A stretch of DNA of 64,000 nucleotides, from contig OZ004608.1 in NCBI GenBank assembly GCA_963924565.1, positions 37,014,001-37,078,000 of the forward strand, written 5' to 3'. Every line of letters starts with the position of its first letter. Position 1 is the stretch's first letter. This DNA comes from Ascidiella aspersa (Eukaryota). Below the pieces are notes generated by a model. The model worked only from the letters and a program-made list of their open reading frames with translations. It ran no database searches and was not told the origin of the DNA. The position numbers and the translations under genes are program-made. Below are positions 33,901-46,900 of this stretch, piece after piece.

Positions 33901-36489
33901 GAAGTGTATAGGAAATCTATTTTTAAATTGTTGGATATGTGACAATGAACAACGTGGGCTACTAACCTCCAATCACAACAACTCCAGCCTTGCTGCGATT
34001 GCGTTTCATTGGAGGTTGGTTTTCCCAACCTTTACATTGGCATCTTAAGTCCAACCTCATAACAGAGTTAGTTACCTTTCCATCAGTTAAACCACCAACC
34101 ATATATAAGTAGTTCTTGTACACAACGAAATTTGATTGCAGTCTGTTGTCACCCATCTTTTAATAATTTAAACAATAATATTTTAGGTTTGTAAAAAAGT
34201 AACCTAAATTGAACCAAATATTTTACTTACTGTAATATACTTTTTTGCATTTTCTTTTGTATCCACCATTGTCAAAAGTGTAGAGTTTTTATTAAGTACA
34301 AAAATGCTGCTTGATGGACCTTAAAAGTAATTTGAAATAATCAAATATTCAAGTAAAAAAAAAGCTCAGACAGATGCTTACGAGGTCCGACTAAATATTT
34401 TACATGTGTAGAGAATCTCTGTAAGCACTCGTTGGATTCTTGCACTAAATCCTAAAACATTAATGTATTTTCTAGGTTATAAACGAAACCATGATTTAAA
34501 TTGTTAATTTATATATTCTTTCTCGATATTGCCATACTTTGCATATAAAACCAAATTACCTCATTCGCAACGTCATACGAAAAAAATTCGTGGCTCAATA
34601 ATTTTAAATCAATCAGTTCAAAAAGTTGTGGAAATAAATGTTTTCTTTCTTCCAAATCATGTTTGATCCAACCCACTGTGAATTGAAAACCTTTTTCTTC
34701 ACTTTTTACCTAAAATCAAAATGGTTATTTTAGGCATTATTTTGAAAATCATTAACAAATCGCCTTACATCTTTAGATCTTGTTGCAATAAAGGTTTTAA
34801 ATGTGCTAAAGTCCATTGAGTTAGTAGTTACAGTGTCAGTTAATTTAGGAAAGTTTTCCTTTAAATACTTGTAACATCCTTCAATCAAGTTTTCGATTTC
34901 AAACTTTTGCACTTTTAACCAAACTTGGACAGAATTCTCAAAATCAAGTGTTTCCAAAATAAAGTTGAAACAATACTCCTGTATATCTGCAAAAAGTTGA
35001 ATGACGTAACAAAAGTTGTGATTATATATGCTACAGAAAGGTTTTTGGTGGATATAAAATCAATATGAAACAAAACTATATATACAGTACATGCTTTTCG
35101 TTGTTTTAGTATTAAGTTGATCAGATCATATTTACTGATGCTACTTATATGTTGCAAATTACCTTTAGGCGAAACAGCATGTAGTTAAATTAGATATAAT
35201 ATCTAACTTTAGTTAGATAGCATATGTCGACAAATGATGCAAGCAAGGCAGGCTAGAGAAGCAATCAGCCTGCAGTTAGTTTCGCACTCACGACCTCCGG
35301 TCAAACCGGGACCGTCGCTTTACCTACTAAGCCACACACGACACAGGCTCAAAGAGGAGCGAGTCGAGAAACAATCACACGCAAATGCTTGCCACATTTT
35401 TATCTAATGATACGTAGACCGTAATCGTTGGTGAAAAAGAAGCTTCAGGAAGTCTAGATTACAGTTGTTAACACGCATATGTGTGCACATATGTTTCATT
35501 GAAACTGTAGATGTGAACCCTCCTTCAATACGAAGTTGCTTGTGCTAACAGAATGTGGCAAGCATTGGCGTATATGGCTGTTTCTCGACTCGCTCCTTTC
35601 TGAGCCTGTGAAGCTCAGTTGGTAGAGCGACGTTCCCGGTATGACCGAGGTTGTGAGTTCGAACCTTACTGCAGAGTGCAGGCTAGTTGTTTTTCTAGCC
35701 TGTCTTGCTTGCATCATTGATCGAAAGATTAGGTGAGTCTGCGATGGCGTTCGGTGTTCTAATGATACGTTGGCCGTAATCGTTAGTCTAAAAGTAGCTT
35801 CAGAAGGGCTAGATCACAATTGTTAACACCTATACGTGTGCAATGTGCATGTTAGGCTACATTATTTACATACGTTTGATCAAGAAGTAGTTTGCAGCTG
35901 TTAATATATCAAACACGTCATCAGTAGAAATGGTGATTTTGGCTGTATACACGAAATCCGAAATGGTTTTCAATGTTTTTGCATCGATTGAATTCATTTC
36001 TACTGTGTCGGTGTATTTTTCTTTCATCTGAAGAACATTGAGTAAAATGTAAATAATTAGACGACAGGTACCCCCGTCTCAATTTTTGCAGGCATTTTCT
36101 CTTAAAATTGTTTAAATACGTGGAACTACACTGTCAAATTTTCCCCCAGTTTCTTGCTTTCAAAGAGATTAAAAATTAGGCTACTCACCTCAGAATAAAA
36201 GAGCTTCTCAAAGTATTCTGATATCTGAGAGAGAACGTTTTTGTGGGCGGGAAACTTTACTTCTCCGCATTTTAGTTGAATGTCACAAGTTTTGCCTCCA
36301 CTCAATCTATCACTGTTAAGACCCCGCGTTTTATTGGAAAGGAAAGAGAAACATTTATTAAATTTAAAAACTGAATTTTTACTTTTTAAGTTACCACTCT
36401 CAAAATTTAAACACCTCAGTTCATTTGACTTACATGTTGAGTTTCTGCAAAATGTCGCTCGCTTGATTCTGTGCGAAGTATTCTTTCAT
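30955..36489 (-). CDS. BTB-BACK-Kelch (KLHL-like) gene A, 12 exons, ~550 aa
   Basis: Hand-spliced GT-AG exons 36489-36434, 36312-36189, 36027-35874, 34986-34769, 34709-34560, 34451-34382, 34319-34231, 34156-33967, 33851-33699, 32850-32692, 31785-31653, 31111-30955; total 1653 nt in frame. BTB (CDIQLKCGEVKFPAHKNVLSQISEYFEKLFYSEMKE...FVYTAKI), BACK (EEKGFQFTVGWIKHDLEERKHLFPQL), Kelch blades (LYMVGG..VMRLD..W; MFVFGGY; YNP/YDP). Confidence 0.9.
31365..31581. mobile_element. hAT/Charlie-like MITE in gene A intron 11
   Basis: Ends CAGTGGTTATTAAC and GTGAGAACCACTG; degenerate 8-bp TSD. Confidence 0.7.
31918..32379. mobile_element. hAT-type MITE in gene A intron 10
   Basis: Perfect 8-bp TSD GCCTATAC (31910-31917, 32380-32387); imperfect TIRs ..GTCGGCAAACT and AGTTTGCCAACCACTG. 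Confidence 0.85.
35552..35720 (+). mobile_element. tRNA-derived SINE-like repeat (inverted copy at ~35235-35398; others at ~38310-38382+ and ~43012-43150-; related head at ~54518-54580+)
   Basis: A-box AGCTCAGTTGGTAGAGC and B-box GAGTTCGAACC. Does not fold into a clean cloverleaf. Copies share flanking sequence. Confidence 0.75.
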
Positions 36490-36931
36490 TGTGAACTGCG
36501 TTTTTTTACAAGTTTTAATTTGTTGTAATTCAGAAAATCCACTCCTTACCAGAAAACCTTTTAACTGAGGAAGTCACAACATTAGGAACAACATAAGAGC
36601 AATACGAACTGAAGGTAACTCGCCAAAAAAAATGAAACGCGTTCACTCCTTATGGTGACGGCGTGTATTTATTGTGACGTAACTATAGTTGGAAAACAAA
36701 TGCGCAAAACGCGAGGTTGTCCTGGAAAGAAACTCATATTATTTTTGACATTTGTCCATCAAGTAAAAAAGTCCATAACAGCCTAACACGGTGGTGATAA
36801 GTAAAGTTTTGGAGTTTTTTATAATTAATTTTGATATTATTCTTATTGATTTAACGACAACCAGTTGGCAGTTTTACGACTGAAAAAACTTTTTGTCATG
36901 ACACCATATACTATTTTTTAAGATTTTAACC

Positions 36932-37259
36932 CAGTGGTTCTTAACTTTTTTTCTTCCGTGGCCCATTTACGTTACAAAATATTTCTGTGGCCCAATAGAA
37001 CTTTTACGAAAGAAAAAGCTTTAAAATAGGTTGGAACAAAACACAGCAGAAGATATTTCAAAACAGATTATTCATTCAACGGTGCATTAGTGAGATACTT
37101 GCGGCTGAACAATAAATTTACATTTCTTTTTAATTCTTCCCCAAGCCATTATTCCTGTAAAATTAAATATAATGACACAAATGAAACTAAATCTAGCTTT
37201 TTGAATTGGTCGGTGGCCCACCTTAAATGTTCTTATGGCCCACCGGTTGAGAACCGCTG
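36932..37259. mobile_element. hAT/Charlie-like MITE upstream of gene A
   Basis: TIRs CAGTGGTTCTTAAC and GTTGAGAACCGCTG; TSD TTTTAACC/ATCTAACC. Confidence 0.8.
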
Positions 37260-38853
37260 ATCTAACCTTTAATTCATCGCTTTTTAACCGGTGCGCTAAA
37301 AAATTTGCCAGGTGCGAATAAGAAAAGTTAAACACAACATTGTATTTTACTTTATATGGAAAAACAACACCTATAAATTTGTCAATACACGAAGAGACTA
37401 TAGGCCTATAACCTCTCAGCCGAATCATTAGTACCAAATAAATAGCAATTTACTTGCTGAAGGATATTTTGATGAAAACAATCTATGCATTAGGATAATA
37501 TAATAGATAACGGAGAGTGTGCACAGCGTATTTTGACAAAATAATAAGAAACCGTACATTTGCGTCAATATATTTATCCGTTCCTTTTTTATTCCAAATT
37601 ACATTTAAACATTGCCAATTCAAAATGGCGCCACACTGGACCTTATGCGTTCCTGTGAACTATCATAGTATGACGAAAACTTAGCTTCCAGCATTTATAA
37701 TGTCGTGTGGATAACAACACTGTTCTCAACTCACTAACTGTTTCAACATTTTGGTTAGGGTTTCGGTTGGTGTTTGGGTGAAGGTGGCTCAAGTATTATT
37801 ATGTAATAATATTGCTTACCCTACTTAAACCCAAACGCTAACCCGCACCCTAACCCAAATAATGTTCGTTGTGGTAGGATTCTAGAACAGTGCCCAAGTT
37901 TCACTTATTTAATAAGCAACAATCATGACAGCTTGCCAATTCAAAATGTCGCCAAAATTGACCTTACACGTTTCTCTGCACTATCATAGTACGAAGAAAA
38001 TATTGCAAGCATTTATAATGTCGTGTGAAACAAGCACTGTTTCTAACTTTGTTTGAAAACTGTTTCCTATTACTGATGCGCAGATATTTCAACTAACGCA
38101 AGCCTAAAAACACAACATCTTACTCGCATTATCACAAACAAGACGAGAAAAAAATGTTTGCAGTCGAAAGCAAAGTTTCGTTCAGTCTGCTGAGAAACCT
38201 CACACACACAGGTAAGTAACCACTCAGGCAAGACCAAAATAAATCGGTCTGGTAAACATAAATTGAGCTCAATGTGAAGTTGCTGGTAAGAATGTAGCTA
38301 GCATTGGTATGATTGTTTCTCGACTCGCTTCTTTTAAGTGTAGCTCAGTTGGTAGAGCGACGGTCCTGGCTTGTCGCGAGTTAAATCCATATTTATCATA
38401 TTTTATATTACATTAGCATAATATACCTTGCTTTATACGAAAAAACATTTCAAATTTTACAAGGACATTGTGTATTTAAAAAAGAAGCAGCTCCCCCCTT
38501 AGCTTCGTCTCTGCCATCAAGGCATTGGTCAAACCATTATGCTCCCTAAATGGAAGATGTTAATGGTTTTGACGAATTTTGTTCCAGTTTGTACAGCCAG
38601 TACGTTATTGTGAGATACAAATATTTAGCATTATTGTTTTCACACTTCATTAATTCCGGTGATTTTAAAGCAGGACTTTTCATCGTGAAACAATTTGCCA
38701 GCAATTAAGAATCCATACACTTAAAGACACAGGCAGGCCTATATAGATTATTAGGGTTAGCCTACCGTTCCTTTTTGCATTAAAATACACTTAGGGATTC
38801 TTTACTTGGAATCCTAAGGCACCAAACGGTCATCCAAGATTTAAAGTTGCTTC

Positions 38854-40781
38854 TGTATATTTCAACAGGGGAGACATGACCACCGTGCTATCTGACTCCA
38901 CTAAATCGAAACTAAAACAAGCTGCCATTGTAATTTAAGGAGCATACTGTCAGGTCGCTTTTAGATTTATTGTACGTACACATAATTTAGTATAGCTCGC
39001 TTTCAATAAAATGGCTTACAGCGCAGTAAAAACACGTGTTGCCAGTAAGGAGCGCATCGTTGATTGTCTTGCAGTAGAAAGGACACGACTAACGTTGCAG
39101 TAAAAGCGAATGCGTTGAGGATTAAAACTGGCCAGTGTTAAAGAGCAGGATGCAGGGAAAGGAAATATACCAGAACGACTTAACCAGGCATTTAGCACAC
39201 GCACAACAAACAGTAAATAACAAATACAGACGGTGGGACCTCTACACCATTTCCCTCCTCCCTGGAACACGAAAAAAGTTCCGAGCAGTTCGTTGGGCCG
39301 CGTTTCTTCTTTAAATCTTCCCAGGATCCAATCACGAGTCGACCAGCAAACGCAGAATGTTTGACATTTGTGCAATGTGGAAAAGAAGAGAGGTTTCATG
39401 AATTCCTTGTCTTGGCGGCCAACGAACAACTCCGGGGGTAGCTGATTGTGCAACACGATGTAACGTCTGAAATGGTACCTAAAAGGCACAATAAACAACC
39501 ATGCAAAACACTTTTGAATAGCCTATAATGCAGAAAATTATCGTCTTAAAACGCAGTTCGAATTTTAAATCGCAAAACTGTAGTATGTTGCTTAGAGTCT
39601 TTTGCTCTAGAATACCAATTAAAAGGGGGTAAGGTGCTAATCTCAGAAACGCCAAAACAAATTACATCGCCTAGTCCACATTAGATGGGTTCCCTAAATA
39701 GCAGACATAATAACCTTGGCGCAAAAGGTCATTCTAGAAAGTTACTCTCTGCATGCTAGTAACTTCATGTGGACTACATGAAGGTTATCTCGCACCGTCA
39801 GATAGGTAAATGAGGCATCAAAAGCCTTAAAAATCATGGATTTATAATACCCAGAGCATGCTCGCTTGCAGTCACAAATGAGATAAATCTCGCGTTATGT
39901 TGGGAATTGGCAACAAGGTTTGGCCTTCTGCTCTGTTTTCCTTCTATAATGAAACATAACGGTTAAGTGACGCAGGGATTTTAGACAAAGTGGTCGGGTT
40001 ATTTGGGTGAGATATAAAACATCAATCACCATAACACGTGACCAGAGACAATAGCCGCAGTGGCTTTGACACTTTTGAAGTAACAACTTCTGTAAGTGCT
40101 GGTTGAGATGGAATCTATCCGTTTATTGGTTTTGAGATTAGATATCACGAGAAGTGTTTAACCTCTATCGTAATACTTTCACCAAACTTTACCAAAAAAG
40201 GCCATAATTTTGCAATAATAACTGTAACAGTCTTGCGTAACTAACAATTTAAAGCGTCAAACGATTTTTCTCTGCATTACATCTAATCAAACATCAATTT
40301 AACAAGCAATAACGCTGGCATAAACTTGTCAACAAACGTTTCAACAAATCATAACTGATCGACGTAACTTAAAAATACTTACAAACGAGAAAACTACGCT
40401 AGCAAACCATAATAATTCATACTTTCTATGCAACCAGACAGTAAGCATAAACTTTAATTCAGAAGGATTTATTTGCATGTTCATATCTCCTTCGGGGTCT
40501 CCAATGTATATTTCAACAGGTGAGACATGACCAACGTGCTATCTGACTCCACTAAATCGAAACTAAACAAGCTGCCATTGTAATTAAAGGAGCATACTGT
40601 CAGGTCGCTTATAGATTTATTGTACATTCACATAATTATAGCTCGCTTTCAATAAAATGGCTTACAGCGCAGTAAAAACACGTGTTGCCAGTAAGGAGCG
40701 CATCGTTGACTGTCTTGCAGTAGAAAGGACACGACTAACGTTGCAGTAAAAGCGAATGCGTTGAGGATTAAAACTAGCCAG
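38854..40781 (-). mobile_element. Internally deleted Gypsy-like LTR element
   Basis: Direct repeats 38854-39134 and 40505-40781. On the minus strand the 5' LTR (truncated) ends CA and is followed by PBS-like TGGAGACCCCG; a PPT (AGGGAGGAGGGAAATGG, 39263-39247) precedes the 3' LTR TG..CA (39246-38854). Decayed gag-like Cys/His tail near 39900-39960. Confidence 0.85.
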
Positions 40782-40906
40782 AAATTAACTTATATTTCTT
40801 AGCATATCAAAGCAGAATTTCTAAAAAAAGGTAAAGAAGAAGAAAGTGTTTTCCAGAAAACTAAAGACGAACTATACATGTGATATGGACAAGGTGACTA
40901 GTTATA

Positions 40907-43900
40907 CTACTCAAACGGATTGTTCTGATAAGGAACAAGTGTCCAATAGTCTAAAAAGTCTTCACTTTCGATGACAAGATTCCACTCTTTTGCATCAAAG
41001 TTGTAAGCAGAAATGCAAACAATGTGCTTGTCGGATCTTAAAAATGCTCAAGTTTAAAACTTACTGAACGGTATTGGAAACGTTTACGAAAACAAAATAT
41101 AAGTGCAATTGTTTAATTTTTTAACTAATAATTGAATAAGTTAGCGCTCTATGTAAACTCTCTCTAAAATATATGAAGCACCTTAAGGTAAATAATAATA
41201 TAAATTTCTGTTTCTCAAATAAATTTCTTCACGCACCTTCCATATGATACGACGATCTTTCCGTGAGCAACACAAGCATCTCCGAATACACCAACGCCAC
41301 TAATCTCACTTATATCACGTGATTTGCCGGCTTCGGGGTCGTATTTTGCCAAAGAAAGATTATCGCCATCTGTAAAGTTATTTAACCGGTTCAAACAACC
41401 AACATTGGAATACTAGAATAAGACAAGCAAATACAAGTCTATTATATAACACACGCAACTAACCTTTGAAAATCGCATATAACTGATTCTCCATTGCCAC
41501 AACTTTTTCACAGCCATCTGGTAGATTTGGCATCACTTCTGGTATTTCAGTAACAGGGTCGTATTTTTCGCATGTTAAGTTGCCATAATCCAGAGCGTAT
41601 AACATGTCTGAGATGGATAGGATTGCAACAGAAATAGTACAACTCGAGCACAAAAGTCAAATCACCATAAAAGTGGTAGTTTACCGCACACCAAAACACA
41701 GTGTGATGGTGTTTCTACCAGGGCTGCGGAGTCGGTTTGTTAAGCTGTAGTCGAACTCGGGACTCGAGTAAGTTACATTAGCAGTACGAAATTTGGAAAC
41801 TGATATGACAGCCAACTGTAAATTTGTAAGGCTGGATAGCAGTTGGTGGATATTTTCCAACCATGTATTGTGAGTGAATTAATTATACGACACCCCTATA
41901 ACTGGATGGTTAAGTTTCCACGTTATTTTAGTTACGTAAATTGGCGGAATATAGACTGTATATTCAGGGCCGGACTCGGGACTCGACGAAATCGCACATT
42001 TGACCGGAGTAGGACTCCGTTTTATTTTTAACCGACTCCGCAGCCCTGGTTTCTACGCTTTGATTTTGTGATTGGTACAACAGTGATGGAAGAATTTATA
42101 TAAACTATACCACAACGTTTTAATTTTAAACAGTTCTCAACTTGAAGTACTGCCTACTTATATTCTGTGACAAATTAACAAATGTTTTTAGCGATTGTAC
42201 AACGATCCTAGAGCTACACCAGGACATACCGGTAGTGTTTGGAAACCCATAAATATAACACAGGACTTGATCCTGAGACGTCCCATAATCTACGAAACTC
42301 TTTACATAATTTAAAATAAAAATATTTATAAAACGCTTGAAGTCCATAGCATTTAAAAATAAGAGATTCACTGAAACCTTTGCAAGAAACAAGGTCGAAT
42401 GAGCCTTCTTGACATCTTTCCATTTCCACCCATTCACTTTCTTTGTCAAGTTTGAGTTTCTCAGGGACAAACCAAACTTTACTTTCATCGTTCTCTGCAT
42501 ATCCTCCGAACACAAACATGAAATCTATTCACAAGAATAACAACAACCTAAGCTTAAAATTGTACATAGTAATACTAATGACTAGGGTGATTATATTTTG
42601 AATTGTTAAAATTTTGTCAAAATTTACACGTTACCGGTAGGCTACGTTAAAATATGTCAAAGTTATTTCAAGTCAAGCTCGAATAAAAATGCGCAAAAAG
42701 CATTTAGAACATTAAAAAAAGTATAGTCAGCTTACAAAATTTATCGCATTAGGTTCAGCTCGAATTTCATTTTTAGGAATTGACTTCTGCTCGACCGGTC
42801 CAAAACGTGTTGTGGATAACGCCAAGAGTTTCAGTAATTTAAGCGACAAAATGTCGTTTAAATCAATGTATTTCTAATAGGTCAAAATTTTGTGAAAAAA
42901 ATTAATTTTATGTCAAAATTTGTCAATTTAAAATTTGAGATCAAAGTTTCTAACTTGTTAGGTCAAAATATAGTAGCTCTACTAATGAAATAAGTGGTAA
43001 CGTAAATTAGTTGTACCAACTGAGCTACACATGCTCAGAGGGAAGCAAATCGAGAAACAACCATAACACTTGTCTGCTGCATCTTGTTTATGAAACTAGC
43101 ATATGGTTATATTCGAACTTGCAAACTCAAACATACCGGGACCGTCGCTATAAAAGCTGTGTTTCAATGATGAAATAACAATATCAATTAAAAGCCAGTC
43201 ATAGCACTTTAAAATAGACCAGTGGTTCTTAACATTTCATAAGGTGGTCCCTTTCCAGGGATCCCAACACATTGTGGCCATTGGACACACTTGCTGAAGA
43301 ACGGATAAAAATACCGATGGCCATGGTTGAGAAACACTAGGATATACATTTGATTGTTACATGGGTCGCATTAATATGCACAGCGCTCAGCCATACCTCC
43401 TATCACAGCACAACCAGGCTCACTGCGTTTGCACACTATTGAAGGTTGAACTTCCCAACCTTTACATCGACATCGTAAATCCAGCCTCAAAACAGAGTTA
43501 GTTAGCTTCTGAACTATTGAACCACCAACCATATATAAGTAGTTGTTGTACACCACAAAACTTGATTTCAATCTTATTTCATTTCTTTTCTGCAACAACC
43601 AACAACAGTAACAATAGAGGAAGGCTTAGGTATGTATATCTAAACAATTAGTATTAACGTTTAAACTCACTGTGATTTCTTTTTCAGTTCCATCTTTAAT
43701 ATCCAGCATTTTCACTTTGTTTGAGTTTTCATTAACCACCAAAATACTGTACAGTGGACCTAAAATAATTTTCAAAACATTTTTTGTGCCTGGCTAAAAG
43801 AAATAAACAAAAACTTACGAGGTCCGCGCAAATGTTTGATACTTTTTGTAACTTTTTGTAGGCACTCGTGTGATTCTTGTACTAAATCCTAAAAATCACA

Positions 43901-46900
43901 AATAGTAAAATGTAATATGCAAATAATGATGAGCACAATGCGAAGCAATTTGCTCACCTGAAAAGCTACGTCTTGTGAAAAAAAATCGTGATCTAAACGT
44001 TTCAAGTTGATTAATCTAAAAAGTTGTGGAAACAAATGTTTTCTTTCTTCTAAATCATGTTTGACCCAAGCCACTGTGAATTGAAAAGCTCTTTCTTCAC
44101 TTTTTGCCTAAAACAACGGTTGGTATTAGTTCTATTGCAAATAAGCTAATAATTTATTTGTCTTACATGGTTAGGCCTTGCTGCGATAAACGTCTTAAAT
44201 GTACTTAGATCCATTAAATTGATGGTTGCAACATCGGTTAAATTGCTAAAGTTTTCCTTTAAATATTCGTCACACTGTTTTTTTATACTTTCAATGTTAT
44301 GCGTTTGCACAGTAAGCCAAACGTGGACAAATGTGTCGCAGTCCAGAGTTTTCAAAAGAAAGTTGCAACAAAACTCTTGTAGTTCTGTAAACACGTGATA
44401 TAGCAAGGTCAGAAATATCGTTATAAAATACCTTCATATAACTGTATGACCACAGCAGACAACAAGTGCATATTTTAAGAAGTAAAGCACATATATGAAA
44501 AGCAAAACTGCCCACCGCTTTTGCGCTGCTAATCATCGAGGGTTTTCTTTTTACGAAAACTCTGTGAAATGCTTAGATGCAAATCATTGTTGATTTACCG
44601 CCTGTTGGCTGGCAATATTAAATGGTAAAGTTAAATCAGCAGATTTTGTTATCCAGCCACTTTTACCACTGAAGGTAAATTTTTAATTCCGTATTATTTA
44701 CATTGCTTAACGTAAATAAAGTTATGTCCTTCGAGAAGAATTTCAAAGTTCATTGGATTTAAAATTTGTCGAGTCAGTTTAAACGGCAACTGTAATAAAC
44801 AAACATTCTCTATTTCATGATGAAAACGTACCATTGGTTATTGTTTTGAAAGTTGTGTCTTCTAAAGACGTATTTCTTAAGCTATTTAAGTTTGTTTCAC
44901 TGCATTAACCCAAAAGCAAAATCGACGTGACCGTAATAACCATAATACAAATACAACTCAACGTTTAGAAACTCTGGTAAAACAACGATCAACAGGAAGC
45001 AACCTACTACCAATGGTTTTAGATTCCATAAAGATACGCCCTTTTATATAACCATAATATTGCTATCATATCCCAGTCGGAAATTTTTCCCCGTTTATCC
45101 CTGGGCCATCACGGAAAATATTTATATCCGGCTAAAGGTATATAACCCTGACAATAATCAGTGATATATGACATATTTTTCTGGATTATTTCTGTCGAAA
45201 CTTCATAATCATCGGCGCTTCCCAGAATTTTGGTGATAAATGTGTTTTTTGTAACTTATTCGGCGATTCCATATTTTCTGGGATAAATCGAACCTAACCA
45301 CAAAGTTGTTTTTTTTACTTTGTAGACTCGCCTATTTTAACAGTTTCTTTGCTAAACCAAAATTTTAACCTATATCATACACATATATAATAATGTTTTG
45401 GGGGTTACTATTTTTACTTGGGTATAAGTTAGCTGTTTTAATCTTTATAGTTTTCTTGTTTAGGCAACATATTTAGCAAAGTTAAGAAGGTATATTTAGA
45501 TATGCTGAAAAAAAAGATGTTAATTGATAAAATTTATTACATTAGTAAAGGTTAAGTTGCCTGAACACAAATCTTTTGGAAAAGTACTATTCGTACCAAC
45601 GCTATACACATGGTTTCCTACTGAAGGCAACAATACTGGCTAGGTTACCCGCTGATTCAACTTCGCGCCGACCTTTCCCCGCTCTGTCATTGCAATTTAT
45701 TATATTGCGTTTTTTTTTATTTACGAACGGCGCGCATAATTTTAAACTCCAGACGTCCGATTGGCCGATATGCGGATGACATCACAATCGAGTTTGAACG
45801 TTTATTGTTAAGACAATTGAAATCACAAATCAGTTGAAAGCTATACGGCAGCTGAGTGTTAGACTTTTTCGTTAGTTGTTGTTTTCTTTTTTTACCTGCC
45901 CTAAATTTTTTACCTCAGCCCTAAAGATCAGGTTAGCTATCAAATATATGTTTAGGATAGTGTAGGCTAAGCTATATTTGTAATTATATTTGAAGTTTTA
46001 TATCAGAATAAAAAAATAAATTCATTGAATAAAATAACTTTTAGCAAGAACTAAATTTGTATCTAAACAAAGTAGGAAACAAGCTCCATTTTACATCTGT
46101 TGACAAGTTTATTTCTGTGGAAGGTGCACATCCCAGATTTTTTACGCAATCTAAAGTCACATCTAAATATTTATATCAAGTGAGCATAAAATCCTGACTA
46201 AATACCTGGAAATCTTAAAAAAACTAAAGATATCGACATAAAGTGCCAATAAATGCCAACACCAACATGGCCTCTGGGATTTAAAGCTTATAAATGTTAA
46301 AGATTTTCCAAATTGGGGCGGCTGCTTATCAAAATTTGCAGGTAAGTTAGTTAAATATCATACTATATAAAGTGCATGTGATTTTTATTTATTATTTCAT
46401 ATGTTGGGCTCTAATGTTTTGCCAATAGTTTTTTTTAATTTTGTAAATGAATTATGTGTATTTTTGACTGATTTTAACTTAAAATAATTTTGACTTGTCA
46501 AAAAATAATAATCGCCCTACTTATTAGTACAAGCTATTTTTTTAGGCGTTCTCCTGTTCATAGGTCACAAAGACCAAACTGCATCTGTTATCGACTACAA
46601 GGTGCAATAGACTGGGATGGTGGCATAGGTGCAAGAAGACAAGCCAATACCATTGCTAATAAAGAAAGCACAGAACCTGTGATGACCACTCCCTGCGAAT
46701 CACAAGTCCGATATAGCTGAACCGGTGTTGGCTGACTCATTTTCAGAATCTATATTTCTGACAGTGAATAAATCACACAAAAGGAACCTTCAGACAATTA
46801 TTGATGTCTTTTTAAACTGCAGTTTGTTATTGCCTTGTACAGTTTCTATTTCTGTGTTTCTTTTTGTTTCTTTCCATATTTTTAACGTGCATGAATAAAA

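Noticed and set aside
35608-35680. Functional tRNA gene
   Set aside because: A and B boxes are present, but acceptor and anticodon stems do not pair convincingly and the copies are decayed and dispersed; treated as SINE-like.
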